Below are positions 20,810 through 29,719 of a DNA stretch of 64,000 bases, piece after piece (positions within the stretch are counted from its first letter, which is position 1; every line of letters begins with the position of its first letter). This stretch comes from Coleofasciculus chthonoplastes F2-STO-03 (GTDB taxonomy: Bacteria > Cyanobacteriota > Cyanobacteriia > Cyanobacteriales > Coleofasciculaceae), in assembly GCA_040222015.1 (NCBI GenBank), contig JAVJWO010000178.1, positions 80,390 to 144,389 on the forward strand, in the 5' to 3' direction. Under the pieces are notes generated by a model. That model was not told the origin of the DNA. It searched no databases and saw nothing but the letters and a program-made list of their open reading frames with translations. The translations under genes and the position numbers were made by a program.

Positions 20810-22909
20810 ATGGCAGATGTTACTGTAAACCCGGAATGCCCCTTTTCAGAAGAAACCTTTAACCTTCTTGCACAACTGGATCAAGATTTTTATATAGCGC
20901 ATGAAGCAGAATTTAAAAAGTATGTCGAACAGCCATTTCAAAAGCTTTGTCGTCAAGTAGCGGCTCAACTACCAAATGAGATTATCAAGCGTCTAGAACT
21001 GAAACTTGATACATCCCCTACTTTAGTACATAAATACTATGAAAGCAATTTTTATAAGAAAGGAACAATTTTTGATACAAAAACTGCTAACACTAGCTTG
21101 TTTGTCCATGTTGTTCCGACGACACTCTGCTTCGGATTGTTCATTATTGATGAAACCAATGATAAAGAGCGATTCATTGAAAATGTAAAAACAAATTTTA
21201 ACAAAGAAATTATTTTTCAGAATACTTTTCTACCTGATAACTGTGAGTTACACTTTTCATCTTCTGGTAAAAGTCTTGATGCCATTAATCCTTTGGGGGA
21301 TTGGTTAAAGCTTCTGGCTCGACAGAACAGTCGTACAAAGAATATTCAAGCTAGTGTGCATCTCGAACCCAATGAAGTTTTACTTTATTCTAGTGAACAA
21401 TTAACGACTCAGATTAAGAAGACTTTTGAATCTCTTTTTGTTCTATTTTTAATGGCAACTTTTGATTCTCCTATTCAAGAGATAAGACAATACTTAAATC
21501 CCTTTCAAAAACCAAGACATTTAAACCTAGGAATCAGAAATTATCAAAAAGGCAAATACCAAATATCAATTGAAGAACTTAATAAGGCTTTAGAAGAAGC
21601 TCCCAATTTAGCTGATGCTTATAGCTACCGGGGACAAGCTAAAGCTGAACTGGGAGACATTGAGGGAGCTATATCAGACTATAACCAATTACTACTCATT
21701 CAGCCTAAAAATTCTGAAGCTTACTATAACCGAGGCAATGCCTACCATAAGCTCAAAGATTATGATACAGCTATTCAGGATTACAATCAAGCTCTGAATA
21801 TTAATCCTAACTTTGCTTTAGCTCATTACCAGAGAGGGCTTACCTACTTAGCACTGGAGAATCACGAGAGAGCAATTGAGGATTTATGCCGAGCTGTAGA
21901 ACTCTTTGAGCAGGAAAAAGACATGGATAAATCCGAAGAAGCGCAGAGTATTCTTAAAACAATTCAGCTAGACTACTCTGAACCTTCATTTACGGAGATT
22001 TGCCAGAAGGTTCACTCTAGAGGTTTACGTATCTCCGATAGTACTCTGCGCCGCTATCACTTAGCTCTTAAAAGCCGCAAATTTGTAATTCTCTCTGGAA
22101 TTAGCGGCACGGGTAAGACTTGGCTTACCAAAGCTTATGCTAATGCAGTAGAGGCTGAATATCTTTTAGTTCCAGTCGCTCCTAATTGGATGACTAATGA
22201 AGATTTGCTAGGTTATCTCAGTCCAATTGACAACAAATACCACGACACTGACTTTAGCACATTTCTAGAGAAGGCGGAAGAGGAGTATCAGCAAGCCCAA
22301 GTTGAAAAACGTACTCCTCAACCCTATCATCTAGTCTTAGACGAGATGAACTTAGCACGGGTAGAGTATTATTTCGCGAAATTCCTATCTGTAATGGAAG
22401 TGCGGATGCGCGAAGGAGTAGCTCAAATTCAGCTTGCGCCAGATAAACAAGTCTTACTTACCCCAAATCTCTACTTCATTGGTACAGTCAATGTAGATGA
22501 AACAACTCATAGCTTTGCTGACAAGGTTTATGATCGAGCGCAACTCATTGAGCTTGAAGCCCATCGTCAGGCTTTATACGAGCATTTGGGTGATGTTCCC
22601 TATCGTGAAATCCTGATGAAAATTTGGGATGAAGTACACACTGTTGCTCCCTTTGCTTTCCGGGTTATAGATGAAATCAAGACTTATGTAGAAGAGGCTG
22701 AAGCGTTGAATGTATCTTGGCAAAATGCTTTAGATGAACAACTTTTGCAGAAGATTCTCCCAAAAGTTAAAGGTACAGATGATCGAGTGGGAGTAGCTCT
22801 CCAAGCGTTTGTAGATATTGCTAATGATAAGGGTTTTACCTTAAGCCATAAAAAAGCGACTAAGATGCTGGAAACATTCAATCAACATGGATTTACCTCC
22901 TACTTCTAA
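20810..22909 (+). CDS. McrB-like AAA+ GTPase with N-terminal domain and internal TPR repeats
   Basis: Walker A GISGTGKT, LVLDEMNLAR, McrB signature GTVNVDET; TPR motifs such as AYYNRGNAYHKLKDYDTAIQDYNQALNINP. Confidence 0.88.
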   Translation: MADVTVNPECPFSEETFNLLAQLDQDFYIAHEAEFKKYVEQPFQKLCRQVAAQLPNEIIKRLELKLDTSPTLVHKYYESNFYKKGTIFDTKTANTSLFVHVVPTTLCFGLFIIDETNDKERFIENVKTNFNKEIIFQNTFLPDNCELHFSSSGKSLDAINPLGDWLKLLARQNSRTKNIQASVHLEPNEVLLYSSEQLTTQIKKTFESLFVLFLMATFDSPIQEIRQYLNPFQKPRHLNLGIRNYQKGKYQISIEELNKALEEAPNLADAYSYRGQAKAELGDIEGAISDYNQLLLIQPKNSEAYYNRGNAYHKLKDYDTAIQDYNQALNINPNFALAHYQRGLTYLALENHERAIEDLCRAVELFEQEKDMDKSEEAQSILKTIQLDYSEPSFTEICQKVHSRGLRISDSTLRRYHLALKSRKFVILSGISGTGKTWLTKAYANAVEAEYLLVPVAPNWMTNEDLLGYLSPIDNKYHDTDFSTFLEKAEEEYQQAQVEKRTPQPYHLVLDEMNLARVEYYFAKFLSVMEVRMREGVAQIQLAPDKQVLLTPNLYFIGTVNVDETTHSFADKVYDRAQLIELEAHRQALYEHLGDVPYREILMKIWDEVHTVAPFAFRVIDEIKTYVEEAEALNVSWQNALDEQLLQKILPKVKGTDDRVGVALQAFVDIANDKGFTLSHKKATKMLETFNQHGFTSYF

Positions 22910-24470
22910 GCTTAGATTTCTTAACCCTAAAGGTGAAGCATTGCAGGCTCCGTTAGAGTGGCAGCCCGGTTTTATAGAAATTCAAGTCCCTAAAAATAAA
23001 TGGGAAGAGGTGCGGCTTTGGCGGCAGGGTGAAGAACTCTCAATCTCCCTAAAACGTTTGGCTAACAAGGCTCGAATCCTGGCTGATTGGCATCGCTCAA
23101 ATACGGGTTACTATCGTCTGCGACTTGAATATCAGGGTGAAATTGAGGAGCAGATTATCACAGTTTGGTCTCAAAAGATTAGCCGCACAGCTTTTGCTCA
23201 GATGCTAGAGGATTTGGATGCTAGTCTCCCAACCGCAGTAGCCATAGGATTACAACGGATTGGTGCTTTAGCTAGTCTCAAATTGCCACAACCAGGTGAG
23301 ACGACTTTAGCACAGGAAATAGTTCGCCTGCGTCGAGCTATCAATGGCACAGAAAACCGACCCGGGCTTATTAATATTCTGCGTCAAATTGCTGATAACC
23401 CTTACCAAATTCTCAACACTAATGAGATTTGGGTTAGGCAAGAGCAAGTTCGCCGACCTTCTATTAGTGGGCTAGTTCAGGCTTTTAGTCGAGGACATAA
23501 CCTAGATGCTAATGGGCGACCTATTCGCGTACCTGATACACGAGTAGAACATACTATTGATGTTTATGAAAATCAGGTAGTTAAGTTGTTTTTTGAGCTA
23601 GTCAATCAAAGACTGCGACGAGTTCGATATGTCTTTGACGCTGACCCAAGAGGTAAGCCTCTGGATGAATTAAATTCTCTGTTTGCACAACTGAAAAAGG
23701 CTCGACAGCAAGCTGCTTTTCTCGACCAGGTAAGTCAGCTTAAACGGCAACCCAATCAAATCACGATGGTTCTCTTAAAGCGCCCACCTTACCATGCCGC
23801 TTTAGAAGGGTATCTAGAATTTATCAGAAGTCTGACAGTGCGATTGGAAGAATCACACCTCGATGCCCCTTTAAAGAATCTTCCTCATCTCTATCAGGTT
23901 TGGGGGACGCTTTGGGTAATAGAAACACTGCTGAAAGTCGCTCACCAAGAAGGATACCAGGTAGAAAAACAGTGCTTGGTGGGTCGGGATAAAAGCGGCA
24001 TCTATGTACGGGTTCTACCTAATAATCAGCCAGCATTAGTTTTAATTCACCCTCAGCACCAAAGGAGAGTAAAGTTAATTCCAGAACGAACCTATGGACA
24101 AGATGGTGAACTACGCAGCGCCAGTGTTAAACTTCGTCCTGATATAGCAGTAGAAATCGAGCGACTTGATGGTTCTCAACAGGTTTACCTTTTTGACCCT
24201 AAGTATAAACTCGATAGTGAAACACAGGACAATCTAGGTAATCAAGGAAAGCCGAAGACAGCAGATATCCAAAAAATGCATACCTATCATGACGCCATCC
24301 ACGATAGAACGGGTAATCAAGTTGTGCAATATGCGGCGATTCTTTACCCGGGTTCCTATAAGTCATATTCCGGAGGAGAAATTGAGGCGCTTCCAGCCTA
24401 TCCTGGAAATGAGGCTAAACTACAGCAGCACCTGTATCCTGTGTTAGAGAACGCCCTCACGGTTGTGTAA
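22887..24470 (+). CDS. McrC-like nuclease (DUF2357 plus PD-(D/E)XK)
   Basis: TIDVYENQVVK (DUF2357-type), LRPDI...FDPKYK, DIQKMHTYHDAI; overlaps the mcrB stop. Confidence 0.88.
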   Translation: MDLPPTSKLRFLNPKGEALQAPLEWQPGFIEIQVPKNKWEEVRLWRQGEELSISLKRLANKARILADWHRSNTGYYRLRLEYQGEIEEQIITVWSQKISRTAFAQMLEDLDASLPTAVAIGLQRIGALASLKLPQPGETTLAQEIVRLRRAINGTENRPGLINILRQIADNPYQILNTNEIWVRQEQVRRPSISGLVQAFSRGHNLDANGRPIRVPDTRVEHTIDVYENQVVKLFFELVNQRLRRVRYVFDADPRGKPLDELNSLFAQLKKARQQAAFLDQVSQLKRQPNQITMVLLKRPPYHAALEGYLEFIRSLTVRLEESHLDAPLKNLPHLYQVWGTLWVIETLLKVAHQEGYQVEKQCLVGRDKSGIYVRVLPNNQPALVLIHPQHQRRVKLIPERTYGQDGELRSASVKLRPDIAVEIERLDGSQQVYLFDPKYKLDSETQDNLGNQGKPKTADIQKMHTYHDAIHDRTGNQVVQYAAILYPGSYKSYSGGEIEALPAYPGNEAKLQQHLYPVLENALTVV

Positions 24471-24482
24471 TCGCGTGAATTC

Positions 24483-26003
24483 ATGAGTCTGGATGTAATT
24501 GTTATCGGTAGCGGAATTGGTGGATTGACGGCGGGTGCTTTACTCGCCCGTTATGGCAAACGGGTGCTAGTTTGTGAAAGCCATGGGATTCCCGGCGGTG
24601 CGGCGCATAGTTTCCACAGACGGGGGTTTGAGTTTGATTCGGGTCCTTCGTTTTATTGTGGATTAAGTCAGCAACGCCCCAGTCTTAACCCCTTACGGCA
24701 AGTTTTGGATGTGCTGGGTGAGTCGTTACAAACGGTTGGTTATGACCCCCTCGGACATTACCATTTTCCGGAAGCAACATTACCTGTGTACAGTGATACT
24801 CAAAGGTATCGAGAAGCGGTAGCCGAGATTACACCTCAAGGTGCGAAAGAATTAGCAGAGTTTGAAAAACGCCTGCTGTCTCTCTATGAAGGGTTGCGAG
24901 AGATTCCGACAATTGCATTGCGATCGGATTGGCAGGTGATTCCTGTTTTAGTCGGACGGTATTTACCCTCCCTATTAAAATTACTGCCCCATCTGGGACT
25001 TGTCCAGAATTCTGTGGGCAAAGTCATGGATGAAACCGTGGGTGATCCCTGGGTGCGGCGGCTGATTGATGTGGAATGTTTTCTGTTATCGGGATTAAAG
25101 GCACAGGGAACGATCGCGCCTGAGGTAGCTTTTATGTTAGGGGAACGTTCTCGTGCGGGTGTGGAGTATCCTGTTGGGGGAAGTCGGGCGATTGTGGATG
25201 CGTTGGTGCGGGGGTTAGAACGCTGGGGCGGTGAGTTACGCCTAAATGCCCATGTTGACCAAATTGTAGTCCAAGCAGGGAAAGCCGTTGGGGTACAGTT
25301 GCAACGGGGAGAGGTGGTAAACGCCCCGGTGGTGATTTCTAATGCCACAATTTGGGATACCTACAGTCAGTTATTGCGCCCAGAGGATTTACCTGCGGCG
25401 TACCGGAAACAGTCCCTAGAAACCCCAGCCGTCGAGAGTTTCATGCACCTACATTTAGGGATTCGGGCGGAGGGGTTAGACGGGTTGACGGGACATCATG
25501 TGGTGGTTCACGATGCCAATCGGGATATTAGCGAACCGGGTAATACTTGCATGATTTCCATTCCTTCGGTATGGGATGCTAATCTCGCCCCCATCGGTCA
25601 TCATGTTATTCATGCCTATACCTTAGAACCATACCAGGGTTGGCAGCGCGATGATCAATATAAGGAGAAGAAAAAAGCGCGATCGCAATCTTTATTCCGG
25701 GCGTTAGAACGGGTGATTCCCGATATTCGAGAACGGATTACCTTAGAACTGATTGGTACGCCGTTAACTCATTCCTATTATTTACGTCGCTATCAAGGCA
25801 CCTATGGTCCTGGGATTCCGGCTGGTAAAGCTATGTTTCCCAGTTGTCACACGCCGATTCCGGGATTGTATCGGGTGGGGGATAGTACAATGCCTGGAAT
25901 TGGGGTTCCAGCCGTGGCGGGTTCGGGTATTCTTTGCGCGAATACCTTGGTGACACCCTCACAAACCGCTGAGTTATTGGCAGATCTGGGTAAGCAGGGG
26001 TAA
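24483..26003 (+). CDS. Phytoene desaturase / carotenoid isomerase-like FAD oxidoreductase
   Basis: VIVIGSGIGGL dinucleotide fold, FDSGPS, GDSTMPGIGVPAV. Confidence 0.88.
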   Translation: MSLDVIVIGSGIGGLTAGALLARYGKRVLVCESHGIPGGAAHSFHRRGFEFDSGPSFYCGLSQQRPSLNPLRQVLDVLGESLQTVGYDPLGHYHFPEATLPVYSDTQRYREAVAEITPQGAKELAEFEKRLLSLYEGLREIPTIALRSDWQVIPVLVGRYLPSLLKLLPHLGLVQNSVGKVMDETVGDPWVRRLIDVECFLLSGLKAQGTIAPEVAFMLGERSRAGVEYPVGGSRAIVDALVRGLERWGGELRLNAHVDQIVVQAGKAVGVQLQRGEVVNAPVVISNATIWDTYSQLLRPEDLPAAYRKQSLETPAVESFMHLHLGIRAEGLDGLTGHHVVVHDANRDISEPGNTCMISIPSVWDANLAPIGHHVIHAYTLEPYQGWQRDDQYKEKKKARSQSLFRALERVIPDIRERITLELIGTPLTHSYYLRRYQGTYGPGIPAGKAMFPSCHTPIPGLYRVGDSTMPGIGVPAVAGSGILCANTLVTPSQTAELLADLGKQG

Positions 26004-26035
26004 TCGTGCGATCGCCCAATTGACTAACAGTATTC

Positions 26036-26267
26036 TAAGTAGGTTGGTGTCAATAAAGCTATCTATAGTAAGTTTAATGGCACTGACTTAAGCTGGGTTC
26101 GTAGTAGGCACTTTAGTGCCAGAAGCGCTAAAGCGCTTACTACAAACTCTAAAGTCAGTGGCATTCATATTAAGTTATGTAAATAAACCTCAAACCGTTA
26201 CAAAGGACGAATGACAAATGACGAATGACGATCTCGACCGTTAACTTTAACTATCCCTACCTACTTA
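26036..26267. mobile_element. TAAGTAGG...CCTACTTA MITE with nested ~100-bp inverted-repeat insert
   Basis: Homologous to 1700-1830 but with ATGGCACTGACTT...AAGTCAGTGGCAT insert containing a GTAG REP pair. Confidence 0.75.
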
Positions 26268-27539
26268 TACTAAATGACCAGATGAGATAAAAAACCCAAG
26301 CAGAAATCCTAAAATTGTCGAAAAAACAACAGAACTGCCTCCCAGTTCATAAGCTTCCGGCATCATTGTACTCGCAACCATGGCTAAGATTGCGCCGCCA
26401 GAAATAGCCTGTGCGATCGCGACAACGACCTCAGATGTATTATTTTGTAAAAAATAACCCCCAATGGCACATAAACCACTGAGAATCACCACACCTATCC
26501 ATAATCCTAAAATCTGACTCGTTTTCGTTCCCGCTTGTTTCATTCCTGTGGCGCTGGATAAGGCTTCGGGAAAATTAGAAATAAATACCGCCAATAAAAA
26601 AGACCAGCCCAAATCGCTATTGCCGGAATTCATGCCAATCACCGCCGCTTCTGGGATATTATCAATTAATGTACCCACCAGAATAGCAAACGATGTAGAC
26701 TGTTTCACTAAATTTTCTAGGGTCATTTGATCGTCCCGGAGTAACAGATCCAGTTCAACTTGATCCATAAGCTGCTGTCGCCACCGATCTAAACGATGTT
26801 CCACAACCATGCGTGACTCTGTTGCCACTTGGAGTCGTCGGGCTAAGGCGCGACTCAGTGACCAAGCCAGATGAGGCGACCAGGTTAGCATGGTGTTGAA
26901 ATGTTCCTGGTGTAACTGATACAATTCCATTTGGGTGCGAGCAACCACGGTGGCAGATCGCGGTTCTCCAGTCAGGAGTGCCATCTCACCAAATACTTCT
27001 CCAGGTCCCATCGTACTGAGAACTTTTCTACCCTTGCGGACTTCGGCTTCACCGTCAACAATCATATAGAAATAGTCACCAGGGGTTCCGTCTTCACAGA
27101 GTACGTCTCCAGGGTTGGCGTGAATGGGATTCAGAAACAGGGCAACTCTCTGCCGTTCCTTGGGAGGTAAGTTTTGCATCACCTCAATATGGGCGATGCG
27201 ATTGAGGGTATCCGTCACCTGATCAGCACCATGTTCAACCAGGTAGCGGCGACTGGATGCTGGTTTACGCAAGAATCCGCCATGTTGGTCAATATAGGAT
27301 GTCAGTCCGGTAAATAACATCCCTCCTGCCATAAACCCAATTAACAGGGGGACAAAGCCACTGTGACGATAGACCGGAATCGTAATTTCAAACGCGATCG
27401 CAGACAGTAGTGTACCACTGCCAAATGCCATAATCGTCGCGGATAAGTGGCGACTCGGTTGCCAAAAGACTCCCACTGACGCGCCCAAGGCTAAACTAGA
27501 CGCGCCCAGAATTCCTTGAAAAAAGGCTGCCGTTGGCAT
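26265..27539 (-). CDS. ZIP-family metal transporter with inserted cyclic-nucleotide-binding domain
   Basis: MAFGSGTLLSA, DNIPE, SNFPE ZIP motifs; central FGEMALLTGEPRSATV cNMP motif. Confidence 0.88.
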   Translation of the reverse strand: MPTAAFFQGILGASSLALGASVGVFWQPSRHLSATIMAFGSGTLLSAIAFEITIPVYRHSGFVPLLIGFMAGGMLFTGLTSYIDQHGGFLRKPASSRRYLVEHGADQVTDTLNRIAHIEVMQNLPPKERQRVALFLNPIHANPGDVLCEDGTPGDYFYMIVDGEAEVRKGRKVLSTMGPGEVFGEMALLTGEPRSATVVARTQMELYQLHQEHFNTMLTWSPHLAWSLSRALARRLQVATESRMVVEHRLDRWRQQLMDQVELDLLLRDDQMTLENLVKQSTSFAILVGTLIDNIPEAAVIGMNSGNSDLGWSFLLAVFISNFPEALSSATGMKQAGTKTSQILGLWIGVVILSGLCAIGGYFLQNNTSEVVVAIAQAISGGAILAMVASTMMPEAYELGGSSVVFSTILGFLLGFFISSGHLV

Positions 27540-27649
27540 AGGTGGCTTACGTTTTTAGGTCAGTTTTCATCCTATCGGAGAAAGGGCATCAAAGGATGTG
27601 GGATTGTCTACAAACGTTAAACTGAGGACAGGGGTTCTGAACTGTTGCT

Positions 27650-28975
27650 TCTTAAATTGTAGAAAATTGTAGATATATAGTAAAATATTCAAAGGCTTCT
27701 TGGGATATTGTCGGGGGCGGCATCGTCATGAAATTGGTAGAAAGACACGTCATCAACCGAAATCATGCCTACTGGCAGGAAGCCGATGAATTGGCGTTTA
27801 AGTCAAAGAATCTGTACAATCGGGCTAACTATTTGTGCCGTCAACACTTCTTTGAAACGGGGAATCGGTATACGCTACCAACGCTCTACCATTTAGTCAA
27901 AGACAGTGAGTCTTATCGAGCAATGCCGACCAAAGTCTCGAAACAAATTATTAAAAAACTGGTGGAGAGTTGGAAATCTTATCTGGCGGCTCACCAAGAC
28001 TGGTTAAAGCACCGAGACAAATACAAGAGTGAACCCCGCATTCCTAGATACAAGGACAAAGTGAAAGGACGAAACATCGTCATTTACCATCACGAGTCCA
28101 TATACAAGGCAGACCTAAAACAGGGACGCTGCCACTTATCAATGAGTAACATCAGCGTCCCCACCCAGATTCCTAACATTGCCGAGGCACGGATTGTTCC
28201 CAGTTGTAACTGCTATATTTTGGAGATTGTTTATGAGTCACCCGAAGTTTCTTTAATTAAGTCGGAGTGGGTAGCAGGGATTGATTTAGGTGTCGATAAT
28301 CTGGTGGCTTTAACGTCAAACCAACCCGGTTTTCAGCCAATGTTGGTTAATGGAAGACCACTAAAGAGTCGAAACCAATACTACAACAAGCTCAAATCCC
28401 AACTCCAAAGCTATCTGAGGGGTGAAAGACGAACCAGCCAACGGATACAGGCTCTCACCTATCACCGCAATCGATTTGTGGAAAACTATCTGCACAATAC
28501 TAGCCGACTAATTGTCAACCGACTTAAACAGCAAGGTATTGGCACTCTAGTGATTGGCAAGAATGAAGGATGGAAGCAGAAGGTGAACTTAGGCAAAAGG
28601 AATAATCAAACCTTTGTCAATATCCCTCATGCTCTTTTAATCGACCAGCTTACCTACAAGTGTGAACTGGCAGGTATCAAAGTAGTTATAATAGAGGAAA
28701 GTTACACATCCATTACATCAGCTATTGACTTAGAGTTCCCTTGCAAGCAATCAAAATATACTGGCAGACGTGTCAAGAGAGGATTATTTAAGTCAAGTAA
28801 TGGACGTGTAATTAATGCAGACATCAATGGCAGCATCCAAATTATCCGCAAGTATCTTCCAGAGGCGTTCACCGTCGAGGGAGTAGTGAGCTGCGCCGTG
28901 GAGCCGATACTGGTCAATCCAGTGTGAAAGACTGAACCCATAAGTTTCTATAAGTTTAGTCTACACGGTATAACC
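27650..28975 (+). mobile_element. Stand-alone TnpB insertion element (boundaries approximate)
   Basis: AATTGTAGA x2 upstream and ATAAGTTT x2 downstream of tnpB; no tnpA. Confidence 0.6.
27728..28927 (+). CDS. tnpB: TnpB family RNA-guided endonuclease (rearranged RuvC-II type, no Zn finger)
   Basis: GIDLG, LVIGKNEGWKQ, EESYTS, NADINGS. Confidence 0.9.
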   Translation: MKLVERHVINRNHAYWQEADELAFKSKNLYNRANYLCRQHFFETGNRYTLPTLYHLVKDSESYRAMPTKVSKQIIKKLVESWKSYLAAHQDWLKHRDKYKSEPRIPRYKDKVKGRNIVIYHHESIYKADLKQGRCHLSMSNISVPTQIPNIAEARIVPSCNCYILEIVYESPEVSLIKSEWVAGIDLGVDNLVALTSNQPGFQPMLVNGRPLKSRNQYYNKLKSQLQSYLRGERRTSQRIQALTYHRNRFVENYLHNTSRLIVNRLKQQGIGTLVIGKNEGWKQKVNLGKRNNQTFVNIPHALLIDQLTYKCELAGIKVVIIEESYTSITSAIDLEFPCKQSKYTGRRVKRGLFKSSNGRVINADINGSIQIIRKYLPEAFTVEGVVSCAVEPILVNPV

Positions 28976-29006
28976 AATTGATTTCTCTTTCAGGCATCAG
29001 ATAACA

Positions 29007-29582
29007 ATGATTGAACTCCTAGCCGTACTTTCGGTAGCAGCAGCAGTAGGAATGAGGATTGCTTTGCCTTTATTGGTGATTGGCTTGTTGCAAAGCGATA
29101 ACCTCTGGAATGAAATTCCCCTGCTGTCTCGCATTCATCCTTCGGTTTTAGTCGGTATTTTGACCACCTTCTCGTTATTTGAATTATTTGCCTCAAAGAA
29201 GTTGCTGGGACAGCGAATCTTGCAAATCGTCCAACTCTTGTTCAGTCCTGGGGTTGGGGCGATTCTGGGTATTGCTGTCGCCCAGTTTGTTAACGCCCCT
29301 GTGGAAATTATTTGGATTGCTGGGATAGTTAGTGGGTTATTGGCTTTTGTCCTGCAATTGGTACAAGTTGGCTGGTTTTTTCGATTGCGAGGTTTACCGT
29401 TATGGTTGGTTTTTAGCCAAGATGTTTTATGTGTGGCGTTGGTTATTTTTGCCTTTGATGCGCCTCAACAAGGGGGATTAATTGCGCTGATTCTGTTGTG
29501 GTTAGCGATTCGCAGTTCTCAACAATGGTATCGTTTATATGGGAGAAAAAATCGTTCACGGCGATATCGGCAAGTTTTGTAG
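29007..29582 (+). CDS. DUF4126-like membrane protein
   Basis: AAVGMRIALPLL N-terminus and multiple TM segments. Confidence 0.7.
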   Translation: MIELLAVLSVAAAVGMRIALPLLVIGLLQSDNLWNEIPLLSRIHPSVLVGILTTFSLFELFASKKLLGQRILQIVQLLFSPGVGAILGIAVAQFVNAPVEIIWIAGIVSGLLAFVLQLVQVGWFFRLRGLPLWLVFSQDVLCVALVIFAFDAPQQGGLIALILLWLAIRSSQQWYRLYGRKNRSRRYRQVL

Positions 29583-29719
29583 TTTGATTTGGGGTTATAT
29601 TATATCTTTTGGTATCGGAGTTATTTTTTTAACGCAGAGGTACGCAGAGGTTAACGCAGAGGGCGCAGAGGGATTAGCAGGATTTGGATGACACTGATTG
29701 GGGTTTGAGGATGGGTTGT

